Below are positions 16,337-25,612 of a DNA stretch of 64,000 bases, piece after piece. The position numbers were made by a program, and so were the translations under genes. Numbering within the stretch: the first letter of the stretch is position 1; each line of letters begins with the position of its first letter. The notes beneath the pieces were generated by a model. The model ran no database searches and was not told where the DNA came from. It saw only the letters and a list, made by a program, of their open reading frames with translations. Origin of the DNA: Candidatus Rifleibacteriota bacterium (GTDB lineage: Bacteria > Muiribacteriota > Ozemobacteria > Ozemobacterales > Ozemobacteraceae); the NCBI GenBank assembly GCA_024710355.1, contig JANJUX010000012.1, positions 1 through 64,000 on the forward strand. Reading direction: 5' to 3'.

Positions 16337-16635
16337 CCGGGTTTCTCCCTGTTTAAGCCTCTACCGCCCGGGTGTTTTTATGCAGAATCGTGCAATCATG
16401 CTTATGTTGATCAGTTTCAGCCCGTCAGACTTCTTGCTGATACGCATCTGCATTTTTTGTGAATTGGCGGTCGGTGTGTACGAACCCCTGAATTATACCG
16501 TTAAACCGCTATTAAGCAAATTTTTTCATCACAGACAGAGCAAAAGTATGCTTTTCGTCATCCTGAACCAGATAACTCAGATAATTATAAGCGCCCATCT
16601 TTAATTTATGAAACCGACCACCTGCAGGAAACGGC

Positions 16636-16686
16636 TTGCTTATGCGCATAATAATTGCTATTATATGTGTATAATATATGCGCACA
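16636..16686 (+). promoter_or_regulatory. ccdAB promoter/operator region
   Basis: TTGCTT-17-TATTAT. Two copies of TATGCGCA (the first a perfect 10-nt palindrome TATGCGCATA) flank the -10 region. Confidence 0.3.
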
Positions 16687-16696
16687 GGAGTGTTGT

Positions 16697-16942
16697 ATGA
16701 ACTTAAATATATTTGATCAAAAAGCTCCGAAGAAGCCCACCAATCTTAGTATAAACAGCGATCTCCTGATGCTGGCAAAGAAGAGCGGGATAAATCTTTC
16801 CAGAGCTCTGGAACATCGCCTTGCAGAGCTATTGCTTGAGGAAAGACGTCGTAAATGGAAAGAAGACAACCGTGAGGCCATAGAGCAATATAACAGCCAC
16901 GTTGCGACTGGCGTATTCAGTGATGGCCTGAGGAGTTTTTAA
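16697..16942 (+). CDS. ccdA: Type II antitoxin CcdA
   Basis: C-terminus EERRRKWKEDNREAIEQYNSHVATGVFSDGLRSF matches the CcdA toxin-binding tail (RAERWKAENQEGMAEVARFIEMNGSFADENRDW). AGGAG RBS. Stop overlaps the ccdB ATG. Confidence 0.75.
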   Translation: MNLNIFDQKAPKKPTNLSINSDLLMLAKKSGINLSRALEHRLAELLLEERRRKWKEDNREAIEQYNSHVATGVFSDGLRSF

Positions 16943-17256
16943 TGGCACAGTTTGATGTATATGAGAATCCGAATGAGCAATCGAAGAAGAATTTTCCTTA
17001 TCTTCTCGATCTTCAGTCCGATCTCCTTGATGGGCTTGCTACCCGGGTGGTCGCGCCGCTTGCATATGTATCTCCGAAGAGCAGGACCGTCGAGTATCTC
17101 CAGCCAAAATTTCGTGTCAAAAAGAAGGCTGTTTTCCTGTCAACATCTGAGTTGGCAGGCATTCCGGTTCAGGCCCTTGGGAAGTTCGTTACTTCCTTAA
17201 AGGAGCATCGCCAGAGCATTATTTCTGCACTCGATTTTCTGTTTACCGGCTTCTAG
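16942..17256 (+). CDS. ccdB: Type II toxin CcdB (DNA gyrase poison)
   Basis: MAQFDVYENP...LDLQSDLLDGLATRVVAPL...ALDFLFTGF aligns with CcdB (MQFKVYTY...VDVQSDIIDTPGRRMVIPL...AINLMFWGI). Confidence 0.8.
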   Translation: MAQFDVYENPNEQSKKNFPYLLDLQSDLLDGLATRVVAPLAYVSPKSRTVEYLQPKFRVKKKAVFLSTSELAGIPVQALGKFVTSLKEHRQSIISALDFLFTGF

Positions 17257-17280
17257 ATTTTTTCTGCCAGGAGTGATTTT

Positions 17281-18204
17281 TTAGCGCGGTTGTTGCTGCA
17301 GGGTTGTGCAAGTGGTCTGGTCGAGAATGGTCGGGAAATAGATCTGCGCGAAGCCGGGCATGTCGATCTGTTTTTCTCTGCCGGTTGCCAGATCGCGGAC
17401 GATCGTTTCGAAACGGCCGTCTCTGAGCGAGCGGTAGATGAGAGTGCTGCCGTCAGAACTGGTCGAGGGCTGCCAGTCATACATGCGGCCGTTGGTGATG
17501 TTTTCGTATTCCCAGTGGCCGGTGCTGTCTTTGAAAAGTTCGAAAACGCTTCCGGTCTGGCCGACTCTTCTGACGAAAAACATGCGGCCGGTCGCGGCGT
17601 TGACATGACTCTGCCAGTTCTGCCCGCCCCTGACGATTGTCTGCTCATTGCCACTGCTGAGCTCGCGGTGGTTGATAGTAAAACCTTCACTGGTAACCCG
17701 TGACAGCATTATCAGATCAGGGTTCAGCCACGCCAGCTGGCCGCCGGCCAGATCTTCAAATTCGAAGGGTTCGAAGCCGCCATCAGGGTAATTGACAACA
17801 CCGGTCTGAACGAAGCCGTTGCTGAGAGCTCTGACGCAGAGAATGCGGTCGTCAAATGGCGACGGAACCGGCCAGCCGAGACTGCCGAACGGGTCGTTCA
17901 ATTCCCAGACGGTTTTGCCCTGGCTGTCGAGTGCCACCAGACCGTAATTGCCGTTCTGCTGCTCTCTCGATGCCAGAATAAGCTCTTTTTGCTGCCACCA
18001 GCAGGCATTTCCTTCTTTCTGCGGGGTTTTAGACAGATTGACAGCCCTGCCGCCGTTCGCTTCGGGAACCCAAAGGTATATATCTGAAGATTCATTGACG
18101 ACGCCGACAAAAAGCAGGCCGGCGGGTATTTCCTGGGCAGAAGCGGTTATGGCGGTTATCAGCATGACTGCGAGCAGCATTAATTTTTTCACGGGGTACC
18201 TCAT
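17281..18204 (-). CDS. Secreted TolB-like / WD40-like beta-propeller protein
   Basis: Signal peptide. Repeated ~40-aa beta-propeller blade patterns. Confidence 0.5.
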   Translation of the reverse strand: MRYPVKKLMLLAVMLITAITASAQEIPAGLLFVGVVNESSDIYLWVPEANGGRAVNLSKTPQKEGNACWWQQKELILASREQQNGNYGLVALDSQGKTVWELNDPFGSLGWPVPSPFDDRILCVRALSNGFVQTGVVNYPDGGFEPFEFEDLAGGQLAWLNPDLIMLSRVTSEGFTINHRELSSGNEQTIVRGGQNWQSHVNAATGRMFFVRRVGQTGSVFELFKDSTGHWEYENITNGRMYDWQPSTSSDGSTLIYRSLRDGRFETIVRDLATGREKQIDMPGFAQIYFPTILDQTTCTTLQQQPR

Positions 18205-18335
18205 TTGATAAAGTTCCAAAAACGATAATATCACAAAATTTAGTGAGTTTGTCCTGCAAGCCATGCTTCGTTTCTGCTATGATTTTTTGAGAAATGTGAT
18301 ACTTTTTAAAGAGGAACACAAAAAGGGGGGCAGCT

Positions 18336-19142
18336 ATGGTTGAAAAGATTCAGCTTGTACCCGGTTCGGTTACGAACCACGGCAAAGCGTCAGGTAAAGG
18401 CAGAAACGCCGACAAGGGCTCCGGTGGCGCTGCTCTTCAAAATCTGAATGTTGATGAATTTGGTCTTTCCGGCGATGCAAAAAACAAGGTGATCTGGGCC
18501 CGGTCGCAGTTCGAGCTGAATTATCAGGTTCTGCGCTCGGTTAACTCAGCTAACGGTTTTGAGACCTCACGGGAAACCTTTTCTTTCCGCTCTGCCTATG
18601 AATTCATGCAGCGTGCCTCTGGTGAAGAGGCGACCGTGCCGGTCCGGGAAGGCAGCGACACCCCGGCAACCGAAGAAACTGGCGAAGAAGATCAGCTGAC
18701 CGCCCTGCAGGAATATTTTTCTCCAGAAAATACCGCCCGTCGTATTCTAGACGTGGCAACCAGTTTTTTTTCGCTGAGCGAGGTTTTTAAAGCCGAAGGC
18801 GAAAGTGAAGCCTCCCGTCAGAAATTTGCCGATTTTATCGGTGGTGCCATCAGTGAGGGTTTTCGTCAGGCCAGGGCAATTCTCGGCGAGCTGCCGGAGG
18901 ACGTCAAAGCCGGTATCGATAAAACCAACTCACTGGTTTTTGCCGGTCTCGATGATTTTGTGAAAAACGGTATCGATCCCGAAAAGGCCCGGTCGGGTGG
19001 TGTTTTTGAGAAAATTGCAGCCTATCGCCGCGAATCGGCGGCACAGCTTGCCCGCAGTCTGAAGCAGACAAATGCGGTTGCCTACAACGCCAACGGCGAG
19101 ATTCAGACCCCGGTTGACCCGAAAGTTTCGACAAAAGGCTAA
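18336..19142 (+). CDS. Hypothetical protein (acidic, helical)
   Basis: Complete ORF with AG-rich RBS. No confident family assignment. Confidence 0.5.
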   Translation: MVEKIQLVPGSVTNHGKASGKGRNADKGSGGAALQNLNVDEFGLSGDAKNKVIWARSQFELNYQVLRSVNSANGFETSRETFSFRSAYEFMQRASGEEATVPVREGSDTPATEETGEEDQLTALQEYFSPENTARRILDVATSFFSLSEVFKAEGESEASRQKFADFIGGAISEGFRQARAILGELPEDVKAGIDKTNSLVFAGLDDFVKNGIDPEKARSGGVFEKIAAYRRESAAQLARSLKQTNAVAYNANGEIQTPVDPKVSTKG

Positions 19143-20146
19143 TTACGCTTTTTAGCCGGCCGGTTTTTGCCCGCCGCCGTTTTGGCGGCGGTTTCGGTTA
19201 TCAGCCAGTTTTTGCTTTCCGCCGGCAATTCAAGACGGGCGGGAACACTTTCGAATTCGGTCTTTTCGTTCATGCTGACTTTGGCAAAGCTGGCGGCGGT
19301 TTCTGATTCCCACTTGAAGTTTTCCGGGCCCCAGTTTTCGGGTTCTAGCTCGAATTCAAGCTGCAACCCGCCCTTTTCGACCCGGAAAATTCTCAGACCA
19401 TTAAAATCGTAGGCGGCGGTAATGTCAAGGCCGGCAACCGCTATACGGCTGCGTTTTGGCGAAAAGATCGGGCGATCACCTAAGTTGAAGATTTTTCCGG
19501 TGGCTTCGCTGACGAAAAAGTGCTCAGAGCCTTCATAAAGCTGGGCATAAATCAGAAACAGCCCCTCCGGCTGAATGTAATCGATACAGTAATACATGAC
19601 ATGAGATTCACCGCCGCTTTCATCGCTGGTGAATTCCACTTTGCGGTCACCGGCGCAGTTCAGGCGCAGCGTCTTACCTTTTCTGACTACTTTAGCCGAA
19701 AACCGCCGCAGGACTGTCTTTTCGTCAGTTTCGGCCTCATTGTCGATAAAATCGGGGTCGGCCGGTGGACTTTCCGTGTCATTTTTTTCAACTGCTGTTG
19801 CAGGTATGGCAGAGCTTTTTGGCGTAACTTCAGGCTTGCCGGCTTCTGGTTTAGAAGCATTTTCCTGAATAAAACCGCCAAATGCCCAGCCGGTACGGCC
19901 GCCTGAAATGACTTTAAACCAGTTGCTGCGCTTGCCCTCGATCTGCTCAGTCGGGCCATTTTTGTCTATAATCTCGACTTTAGTTCCCTGCGGCAGTTTA
20001 ACTATCAATTTCGCGTTGCGCGCCGGCTCTTTGCGCATGCTCAGCCCGCTTGCGGCAGTAACCACCGCTGGCTCGCCGGCAAGCGCACACCCTATTCCAG
20101 AAAATATCATCGCGGCAACCAACAATGGCTTAATTCTTTTTTGCAT
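19139..20146 (-). CDS. Secreted SH3b-domain protein
   Basis: Signal peptide. SH3b-like segment (LSMRKEPARNAKLIVKLPQGTKVEI...WFKV...GWAFGGFI). Confidence 0.55.
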   Translation of the reverse strand: MQKRIKPLLVAAMIFSGIGCALAGEPAVVTAASGLSMRKEPARNAKLIVKLPQGTKVEIIDKNGPTEQIEGKRSNWFKVISGGRTGWAFGGFIQENASKPEAGKPEVTPKSSAIPATAVEKNDTESPPADPDFIDNEAETDEKTVLRRFSAKVVRKGKTLRLNCAGDRKVEFTSDESGGESHVMYYCIDYIQPEGLFLIYAQLYEGSEHFFVSEATGKIFNLGDRPIFSPKRSRIAVAGLDITAAYDFNGLRIFRVEKGGLQLEFELEPENWGPENFKWESETAASFAKVSMNEKTEFESVPARLELPAESKNWLITETAAKTAAGKNRPAKKRN

Positions 20147-20269
20147 GCTGAACCTCTCCGAATAAATCATCAGGTCATTAAATCACACATTTTCATAATG
20201 ATAAACTTTGATACGAAAAAAAATCTGGTATAATCCAGTCCATATAAGATTTACCTTGGAGGGTACGCG

Positions 20270-21052
20270 ATGCAATTTCTCAGGGCTCATCTCCTTTTGT
20301 CTGCTTTTTTTCTGGCTGCGGCCATTTTTCCTCTTGCCGCAGAAGCCGGGGGGACAGGTGCAGTTTTGCTTCCGGCCGGAACGAAGGTCAGCTTCGCTTT
20401 GGCTGAGGGCCTTTCTTCAAAACATTCGAAGAAAGGTGCCGCGGTGCCGTTCAAGGTTGCCATGCCTGTTCATGGAAAGATCGGGAATACTCTTGTTCCC
20501 TCAGGCAACAGAGTTGAGGGAGAAATACTGCGGATCCGGCGTTCTGGCATGTTTTCGCAGCCAGGTCTTGTTGAAGTTGGAAATCTTCGGGTTCAGGCCT
20601 TCGACAACCAGTATTATCCGCTTTCAGGAAAGCTGGTCGTAAATGGAAGGGGTGATCAGATTGCGGCAATCTGCGTCGCGGTCGGGCTATCATGGCCGGT
20701 TGCCTTTTTTCCTGGTTCAGAAGCCGTTGCCGCAGAGGGAATGGTTTTTTCCGCTTCGGTAGCCGAAGATTGCTGGTGCCGTGTCGCTGGCGCGCGTCCT
20801 GTTTTTGCTGAAACCCGCAATTCTGTGTCCAGGCAGGCATGGGAAGAAACTGTCGCTCTTGCCGATAAGGGTGATTCTGAAAGTGCTTACAAAGTGGCTG
20901 TATGGGCATATTATGGCATCGGGATGCATGCCAACCCGGTTTTTGCACTTAAATACCTGGAAATCGCACTGGACGGCCAGCTGCCTGAGAACCTGCATGA
21001 GCCGGCTGCCATTTTGCTGCGCCGTCTTTCCGGCAGTGCAATGCTCAACTGA
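20270..21052 (+). CDS. Secreted hypothetical protein with C-terminal Sel1-like repeat
   Basis: Signal peptide. AYKVAVWAYYGIGMHANPVFALKYLEIAL resembles a Sel1/TPR-like repeat. Confidence 0.45.
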   Translation: MQFLRAHLLLSAFFLAAAIFPLAAEAGGTGAVLLPAGTKVSFALAEGLSSKHSKKGAAVPFKVAMPVHGKIGNTLVPSGNRVEGEILRIRRSGMFSQPGLVEVGNLRVQAFDNQYYPLSGKLVVNGRGDQIAAICVAVGLSWPVAFFPGSEAVAAEGMVFSASVAEDCWCRVAGARPVFAETRNSVSRQAWEETVALADKGDSESAYKVAVWAYYGIGMHANPVFALKYLEIALDGQLPENLHEPAAILLRRLSGSAMLN

Positions 21053-21103
21053 AATTTTTTGGCTTTGTCGTTAAATCGGGGCTTTTCTCATACTAAATAA
21101 AAG

Positions 21104-24100
21104 GTGAAAACAGTGAAAAGGAAACTTTTTTGTCTCTTCGTTCTTTGTCTTATTTCTTTTACCGGTTGTGCGCTGCTGAACCCATGGGTTGATTCAGAAA
21201 AAGATGATTCAACCCCTGTCTTTATACAGCCAGGCCTGAACCTGAAGACAATTCGCGGGGTTCTTTATATTGAATCAAATACGGGCCCATTGTCATTAGC
21301 GCCTCTTGCGAGCCTGGTCGCATCTGGAGTTCCCCTGGCGGGATCTGATTCAGCCGGCATAGAGCCGGGCGTCATCTCCTCAAGCTCTCCCGATACGCGG
21401 CTGCGCCCTGCTAAAAAAGTCTCTGGCATAGAAAATGCCAGAGTTTATGCCCTGCATGATCCGGATAACTTTGTTTTTACTGACAATACCGGGAAATTTG
21501 AATTGTCGGTGGATATGGAAAAATTCAAACAGTGGCTGACTAAAAACGGAATTCCAGCTATTAATGATGGTTCTAACAATGATATTTCTGAGCTGGTAAC
21601 TATTGTTGCCGAAAAAAAAGAGAAACAGGCCGATGGCTCAGAGCTGAATCTCAGCACTTCTATTCCAGTCGATTGTAAAAATAAAATCGTTGTTCAACTT
21701 GAGGATTTATACGACAAAGAACTGCATTCTCAGGTTAAGGTTCGCTATAGCGGTCATTCTTACGGAATTGTCACTGTGGATGGCCTTGCGGCAGGTGATG
21801 CAAGCATTCTCTTTTATGATACAGCAAATGGCCAGATTGCTTACAAAGGTCAGACAGACAATACCGGCTCATATTCGGTATTTCCACCTCCTGGCCACTA
21901 CCGGCTAGTTGTAACCAAAGACGGCTGTGAACCGGTTGCTGTCGAATCATATGAAGTAAAGGAAAAGGGCAAGCGCAAAGATGATTTTAATCTCAAACCC
22001 GGCAAAAATGACAAACCGGCACCGGTAATCACGTTTAACCCTGGCACAGTTAAGGCGCCTGAACTTCAGGTTAAGGTTAACGGTGTTGCAGTTCAGAATG
22101 GTCAGACTGTTGAGCTTGACCAGAATTCAGAAATAGAGCTGAATGTTATTGCAACCGATAACGATGCGGGGCTCGGCAATATTATAGTTGCCTGGAATTC
22201 TGCTGAATGGTTTAGAGAAACCGGAGCCAGGCAATATTCGCTTTCACACACCGCGAAAAGAAAGCTTGCCGAAGCCGGCCTGTTTGCTGTCAACATCAAG
22301 GCCAGCGATTTTGACATGATTGCTTCAATGTCGCCAGCTCAGCCAGGATATTTCCGGATTGAAGTGCCTCAGGCGGGAGATGCCGCCTTTTTAAACAGTA
22401 TCGGAGCCATGGTCAAAGGAAATGACGGCACTGAAAAGTTTCGTTCAATTCTTATACCAGATGCCAATAAAAAAGTTGGCGCAGTTGCTGAGATACTTGT
22501 TAACCCTGGAGACGTCGTCGTTCCCTACATTCATGTAAATACAAAAAACAGGACGCCCAGAGAATATGACCGTTTTGTCGGGCAATTCGATGCAAACAAT
22601 AAACCGGTCTGGAAATCGGAAATCGGTGCAGATGGTATTGCTTTAATCGGTTTTGAAGACCTTCTTCCTGAATTTAAGCCTGATTATGACTACAACGACG
22701 TATATTTCAAAGCCTGGTTTGCGAAAGAACCTGCTCCGGGCTCAGAGATTCTTGTCGTTTCTCCATCGCCGTCGCATCAGCTGGAATTTTCTTTTGCAAT
22801 AAAAGTCAAACCCTCTGTTGTGGCGCCTTCTGCCCCGATCAACCTTGCGGCCACAGCCGGCAATGCAATTGCTACGCTGACATGGAGCTTTGTTGACGGC
22901 GCCGCGAGCTACAATGTCTACTACTCGACAACTGCCGGCGTTACGGTTGCCAATGGCACCAAAGTAACCGGTGCCGCCAGCCCTGCCGAAATCACCGGCC
23001 TGACTAACGGCCAGACCTACTACTTCATTGTCACAGCAGTAAACGCCGGCGGCGAATCGGCCCCGTCGAATGAAGTCTCTGCCAAACCGCAGGTGCCGGC
23101 CCCCGGCGCTCCGATCAACCTGGCTGCTACAGCCGGCAACGCGATCGCCACGCTTACCTGGAACCTTGTTGACGGCGCCGCGAGCTACAATGTCTACTAC
23201 TCAACAACTGCCGGCGTCACGGTTGCCAATGGCACCAAAGTGACTGGTGCCGCCAGTCCTGCCGAAATCACCGGCCTGACGAACGGCCAGACCTACTACT
23301 TCATCGTCACAGCAGTAAACGCCGGTGGCGAATCGGCCCCATCGAACGAAGCCTCTGCCAAACCGCAGGTGCCCGCCCCCGGCGCCCCGATCAACCTTGC
23401 TGCTACAGCCGGCAATGCGATCGCCACGCTGACCTGGAACCTTGTTGACGGCGCCGTGAGCTACAATGTCTACTACTCGACAACTGCCGGCGCTACGGTT
23501 GCCAATGGCACCAAAGTGACCGGTGCCGCCACCCCTGCCGAAATCACCGGCCTGACTAACGGCCAGACCTACTACTTCATCGTCACAGCAGTAAACGCCG
23601 GTGGCGAATCGGCCCCATCGAACGAAGCCTCTGCCAAACCGCAGATTCCACCTCCGCCGGCGCCGGAAAATCTAAGGGTAGAGATAGAAGGTTCGACGGT
23701 GACTGTTCTGTGGGATGAAGTTGCCGGAGCTGAAAGCTATAACCTTTATTGGCTTGATAGTGCAGGGGTGACAACTGGAAACAGCACCAAAGTTGCTAAT
23801 GCATCTGCACCTGAAGTATTCGAAAATGTCCCGGTTGGTGCCCGTTATTTCAGGGTCAGCGCTTTGAATGCCGGCGGTGAGTCAGCGTTGTCTGCAGAAG
23901 TAAAAGCGACAATTATCGGGGCCTTCACTTCTCTCATGGGCGCCACCGGAAGCTTTTTTGTTAATGATGCCTGCTCTGATAACAATGGCAATGTTTATGT
24001 GACCGGTTACTCTTTCAGCTCCATCGATGGGCAGCCATACAATGCCAAGGCTGACTACTTTCTTATAAAATACGATATGAATGGCAGCAAAACCTGGGTA

Positions 24101-25051
24101 AGAATGGGTGGAAGTGCGGGTACAGATTATGGCACAGCCGTGTGCGCCGACTCAACCGGTGTTTATCTGCTGGGTCAGACTGACAGCACAGTTTTTGCAG
24201 GTGGAGGCTCAAGGGGCGATTTCTTCATTGTGAAATATGACTTTACGGGTAACATTGTCTGGAGCAAGCAGTATGGCACTTCCGATTATGAATACCCCGG
24301 CGAGATGGCGATCGACTCCAGCGGTCTTTATGTGACAGGGAGATACCAGAAATACGTCACGACAACATTTTCAGAAACGAAGGAACAGGTTGTGCTCTGG
24401 AAATTTGATCTGTCTGGAAATGCTGTTTATTCAAAATTTGACAGCAGCGGCTTCTCTTTGCAGTCTGTAAATTCTTACGGCGTTGCAGTGCTCGGCGGAA
24501 AAGTTTTTCAGACAGTTCACCAGACATCAACGGCTGTAACCAATCTTAACAATATCAATACAAGGCTGATGAGATTTGATGCCACTACAGGTGATTTCGA
24601 AAAAAGAATCGACCGCAACTCGGTAACCAAAGAATATCTTGGCAAAATCGCCGCCGACTCGACCGGGATATATGTAATCGAGAGTCGATGGGACAGCTCA
24701 AAGGGCTACCGTTATTTTATCGTTGTCAAATATGATACGGAACTAAACAGCCTCTGGAGTCGAAATATTGATCCTCTGGCGAATGCTTCTTTGAGCGGCA
24801 TCAGTTGTCTGGACTCAAAGGTCTATGTTGGCGGCAACGTCGACAGCAGCGCATTTATTGCGCCTGCCCTCGGCGGTTCTGATGGCTTCGGAATTTTCTA
24901 CAGCGCCGCAGGAAACAAATTCGGCGATGTCAAATTCGGTGGTTCGACGAACGAAACCGTCGGTGGGGTTGTTAAAACTCCCTATGGTCTTTACTTTGCC
25001 GGAACGGTTAAAGTTACAGGTGGCAGCGATATTTTCCTGAAGAAACACTGA
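21104..25051 (+). CDS. Large surface lipoprotein: N-terminal region with DUF4114-like motif, 4 fibronectin type III domains, C-terminal SBBP beta-propeller repeats
   Basis: Signal peptide with a lipobox (FTGC). DYDYNDVYF motif. Three near-identical 93-aa FN3 repeats plus a divergent fourth. C-terminal repeats of the SBBP type (YGTSDYEYPGEMAIDSSGLYVTGRY). Confidence 0.8.
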   Translation: MKTVKRKLFCLFVLCLISFTGCALLNPWVDSEKDDSTPVFIQPGLNLKTIRGVLYIESNTGPLSLAPLASLVASGVPLAGSDSAGIEPGVISSSSPDTRLRPAKKVSGIENARVYALHDPDNFVFTDNTGKFELSVDMEKFKQWLTKNGIPAINDGSNNDISELVTIVAEKKEKQADGSELNLSTSIPVDCKNKIVVQLEDLYDKELHSQVKVRYSGHSYGIVTVDGLAAGDASILFYDTANGQIAYKGQTDNTGSYSVFPPPGHYRLVVTKDGCEPVAVESYEVKEKGKRKDDFNLKPGKNDKPAPVITFNPGTVKAPELQVKVNGVAVQNGQTVELDQNSEIELNVIATDNDAGLGNIIVAWNSAEWFRETGARQYSLSHTAKRKLAEAGLFAVNIKASDFDMIASMSPAQPGYFRIEVPQAGDAAFLNSIGAMVKGNDGTEKFRSILIPDANKKVGAVAEILVNPGDVVVPYIHVNTKNRTPREYDRFVGQFDANNKPVWKSEIGADGIALIGFEDLLPEFKPDYDYNDVYFKAWFAKEPAPGSEILVVSPSPSHQLEFSFAIKVKPSVVAPSAPINLAATAGNAIATLTWSFVDGAASYNVYYSTTAGVTVANGTKVTGAASPAEITGLTNGQTYYFIVTAVNAGGESAPSNEVSAKPQVPAPGAPINLAATAGNAIATLTWNLVDGAASYNVYYSTTAGVTVANGTKVTGAASPAEITGLTNGQTYYFIVTAVNAGGESAPSNEASAKPQVPAPGAPINLAATAGNAIATLTWNLVDGAVSYNVYYSTTAGATVANGTKVTGAATPAEITGLTNGQTYYFIVTAVNAGGESAPSNEASAKPQIPPPPAPENLRVEIEGSTVTVLWDEVAGAESYNLYWLDSAGVTTGNSTKVANASAPEVFENVPVGARYFRVSALNAGGESALSAEVKATIIGAFTSLMGATGSFFVNDACSDNNGNVYVTGYSFSSIDGQPYNAKADYFLIKYDMNGSKTWVRMGGSAGTDYGTAVCADSTGVYLLGQTDSTVFAGGGSRGDFFIVKYDFTGNIVWSKQYGTSDYEYPGEMAIDSSGLYVTGRYQKYVTTTFSETKEQVVLWKFDLSGNAVYSKFDSSGFSLQSVNSYGVAVLGGKVFQTVHQTSTAVTNLNNINTRLMRFDATTGDFEKRIDRNSVTKEYLGKIAADSTGIYVIESRWDSSKGYRYFIVVKYDTELNSLWSRNIDPLANASLSGISCLDSKVYVGGNVDSSAFIAPALGGSDGFGIFYSAAGNKFGDVKFGGSTNETVGGVVKTPYGLYFAGTVKVTGGSDIFLKKH
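22824..23655 (+). repeat. Three tandem ~279-bp near-identical direct repeats (FN3 modules) inside the lipoprotein gene
   Basis: Repeat units begin at about 22824, 23096 and 23375. More than 95% nucleotide identity; only a few amino-acid differences (SF/NL, A/V, V/A, S/T). Confidence 0.75.
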
Positions 25052-25065
25052 TAAAATTCTTCGAT

Positions 25066-25108
25066 GCGCCCTGGTCCGACAGCTTTCGGGCTCAGGGCGC
25101 ATTTTTTT
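25066..25108 (+). terminator. Rho-independent terminator of the lipoprotein gene
   Basis: gcgccctgg...cagggcgc stem followed by ATTTTTTT. Confidence 0.6.
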
Positions 25109-25318
25109 GTGAGAATTCCTGGTTTATGTCTCTTTTGCTAATTTTGAATTGCGGAAAATTTTGCTGATACGTTAGTATGCCTTCATAGAGTTTTATCAAG
25201 CCTTGAGGAGTTAACTGGTTTCTGCCATTGTGCACGGATTGAGCCTGCGTGCAGGCTTAACAGGGATATTGCTGTTCGCCAAATCATAGAGGGCATAATA
25301 AAAGCCCCAGGAGGAATC

Positions 25319-25612
25319 ATGTTTCACGAACCTGCCGCGCAAAGCGGCAAAGACCCGGCTGCCTCGTTCAAGACCCTGCTCGGGGTCAAGATGTTTGTCG
25401 TTTACGCGCTTGTTTATGCCGGCTTTATCGGCATAAACATCATCAGCCCGCTGGCCATGGAAAAAGAAGTGTTCTGGGGCCTTAACCTGGCTGTCATTTA
25501 CGGTTTTGGTCTGATCTTTCTGGCCCTGATCATGGCTCTGATCTACAATCAGGCCTGCAATGCCAGGGAAGCCGCATTGATGGCTTCCGGCAGCGAAAAG
25601 GCGGGTGAATGA
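25319..25612 (+). CDS. yjcH: DUF485 inner-membrane protein (YjcH-like, acetate permease partner)
   Basis: Two TM helices, 97 aa. GGAGG RBS. ATGA overlap with the downstream SSS permease, the conserved yjcH-actP arrangement. Confidence 0.8.
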   Translation: MFHEPAAQSGKDPAASFKTLLGVKMFVVYALVYAGFIGINIISPLAMEKEVFWGLNLAVIYGFGLIFLALIMALIYNQACNAREAALMASGSEKAGE

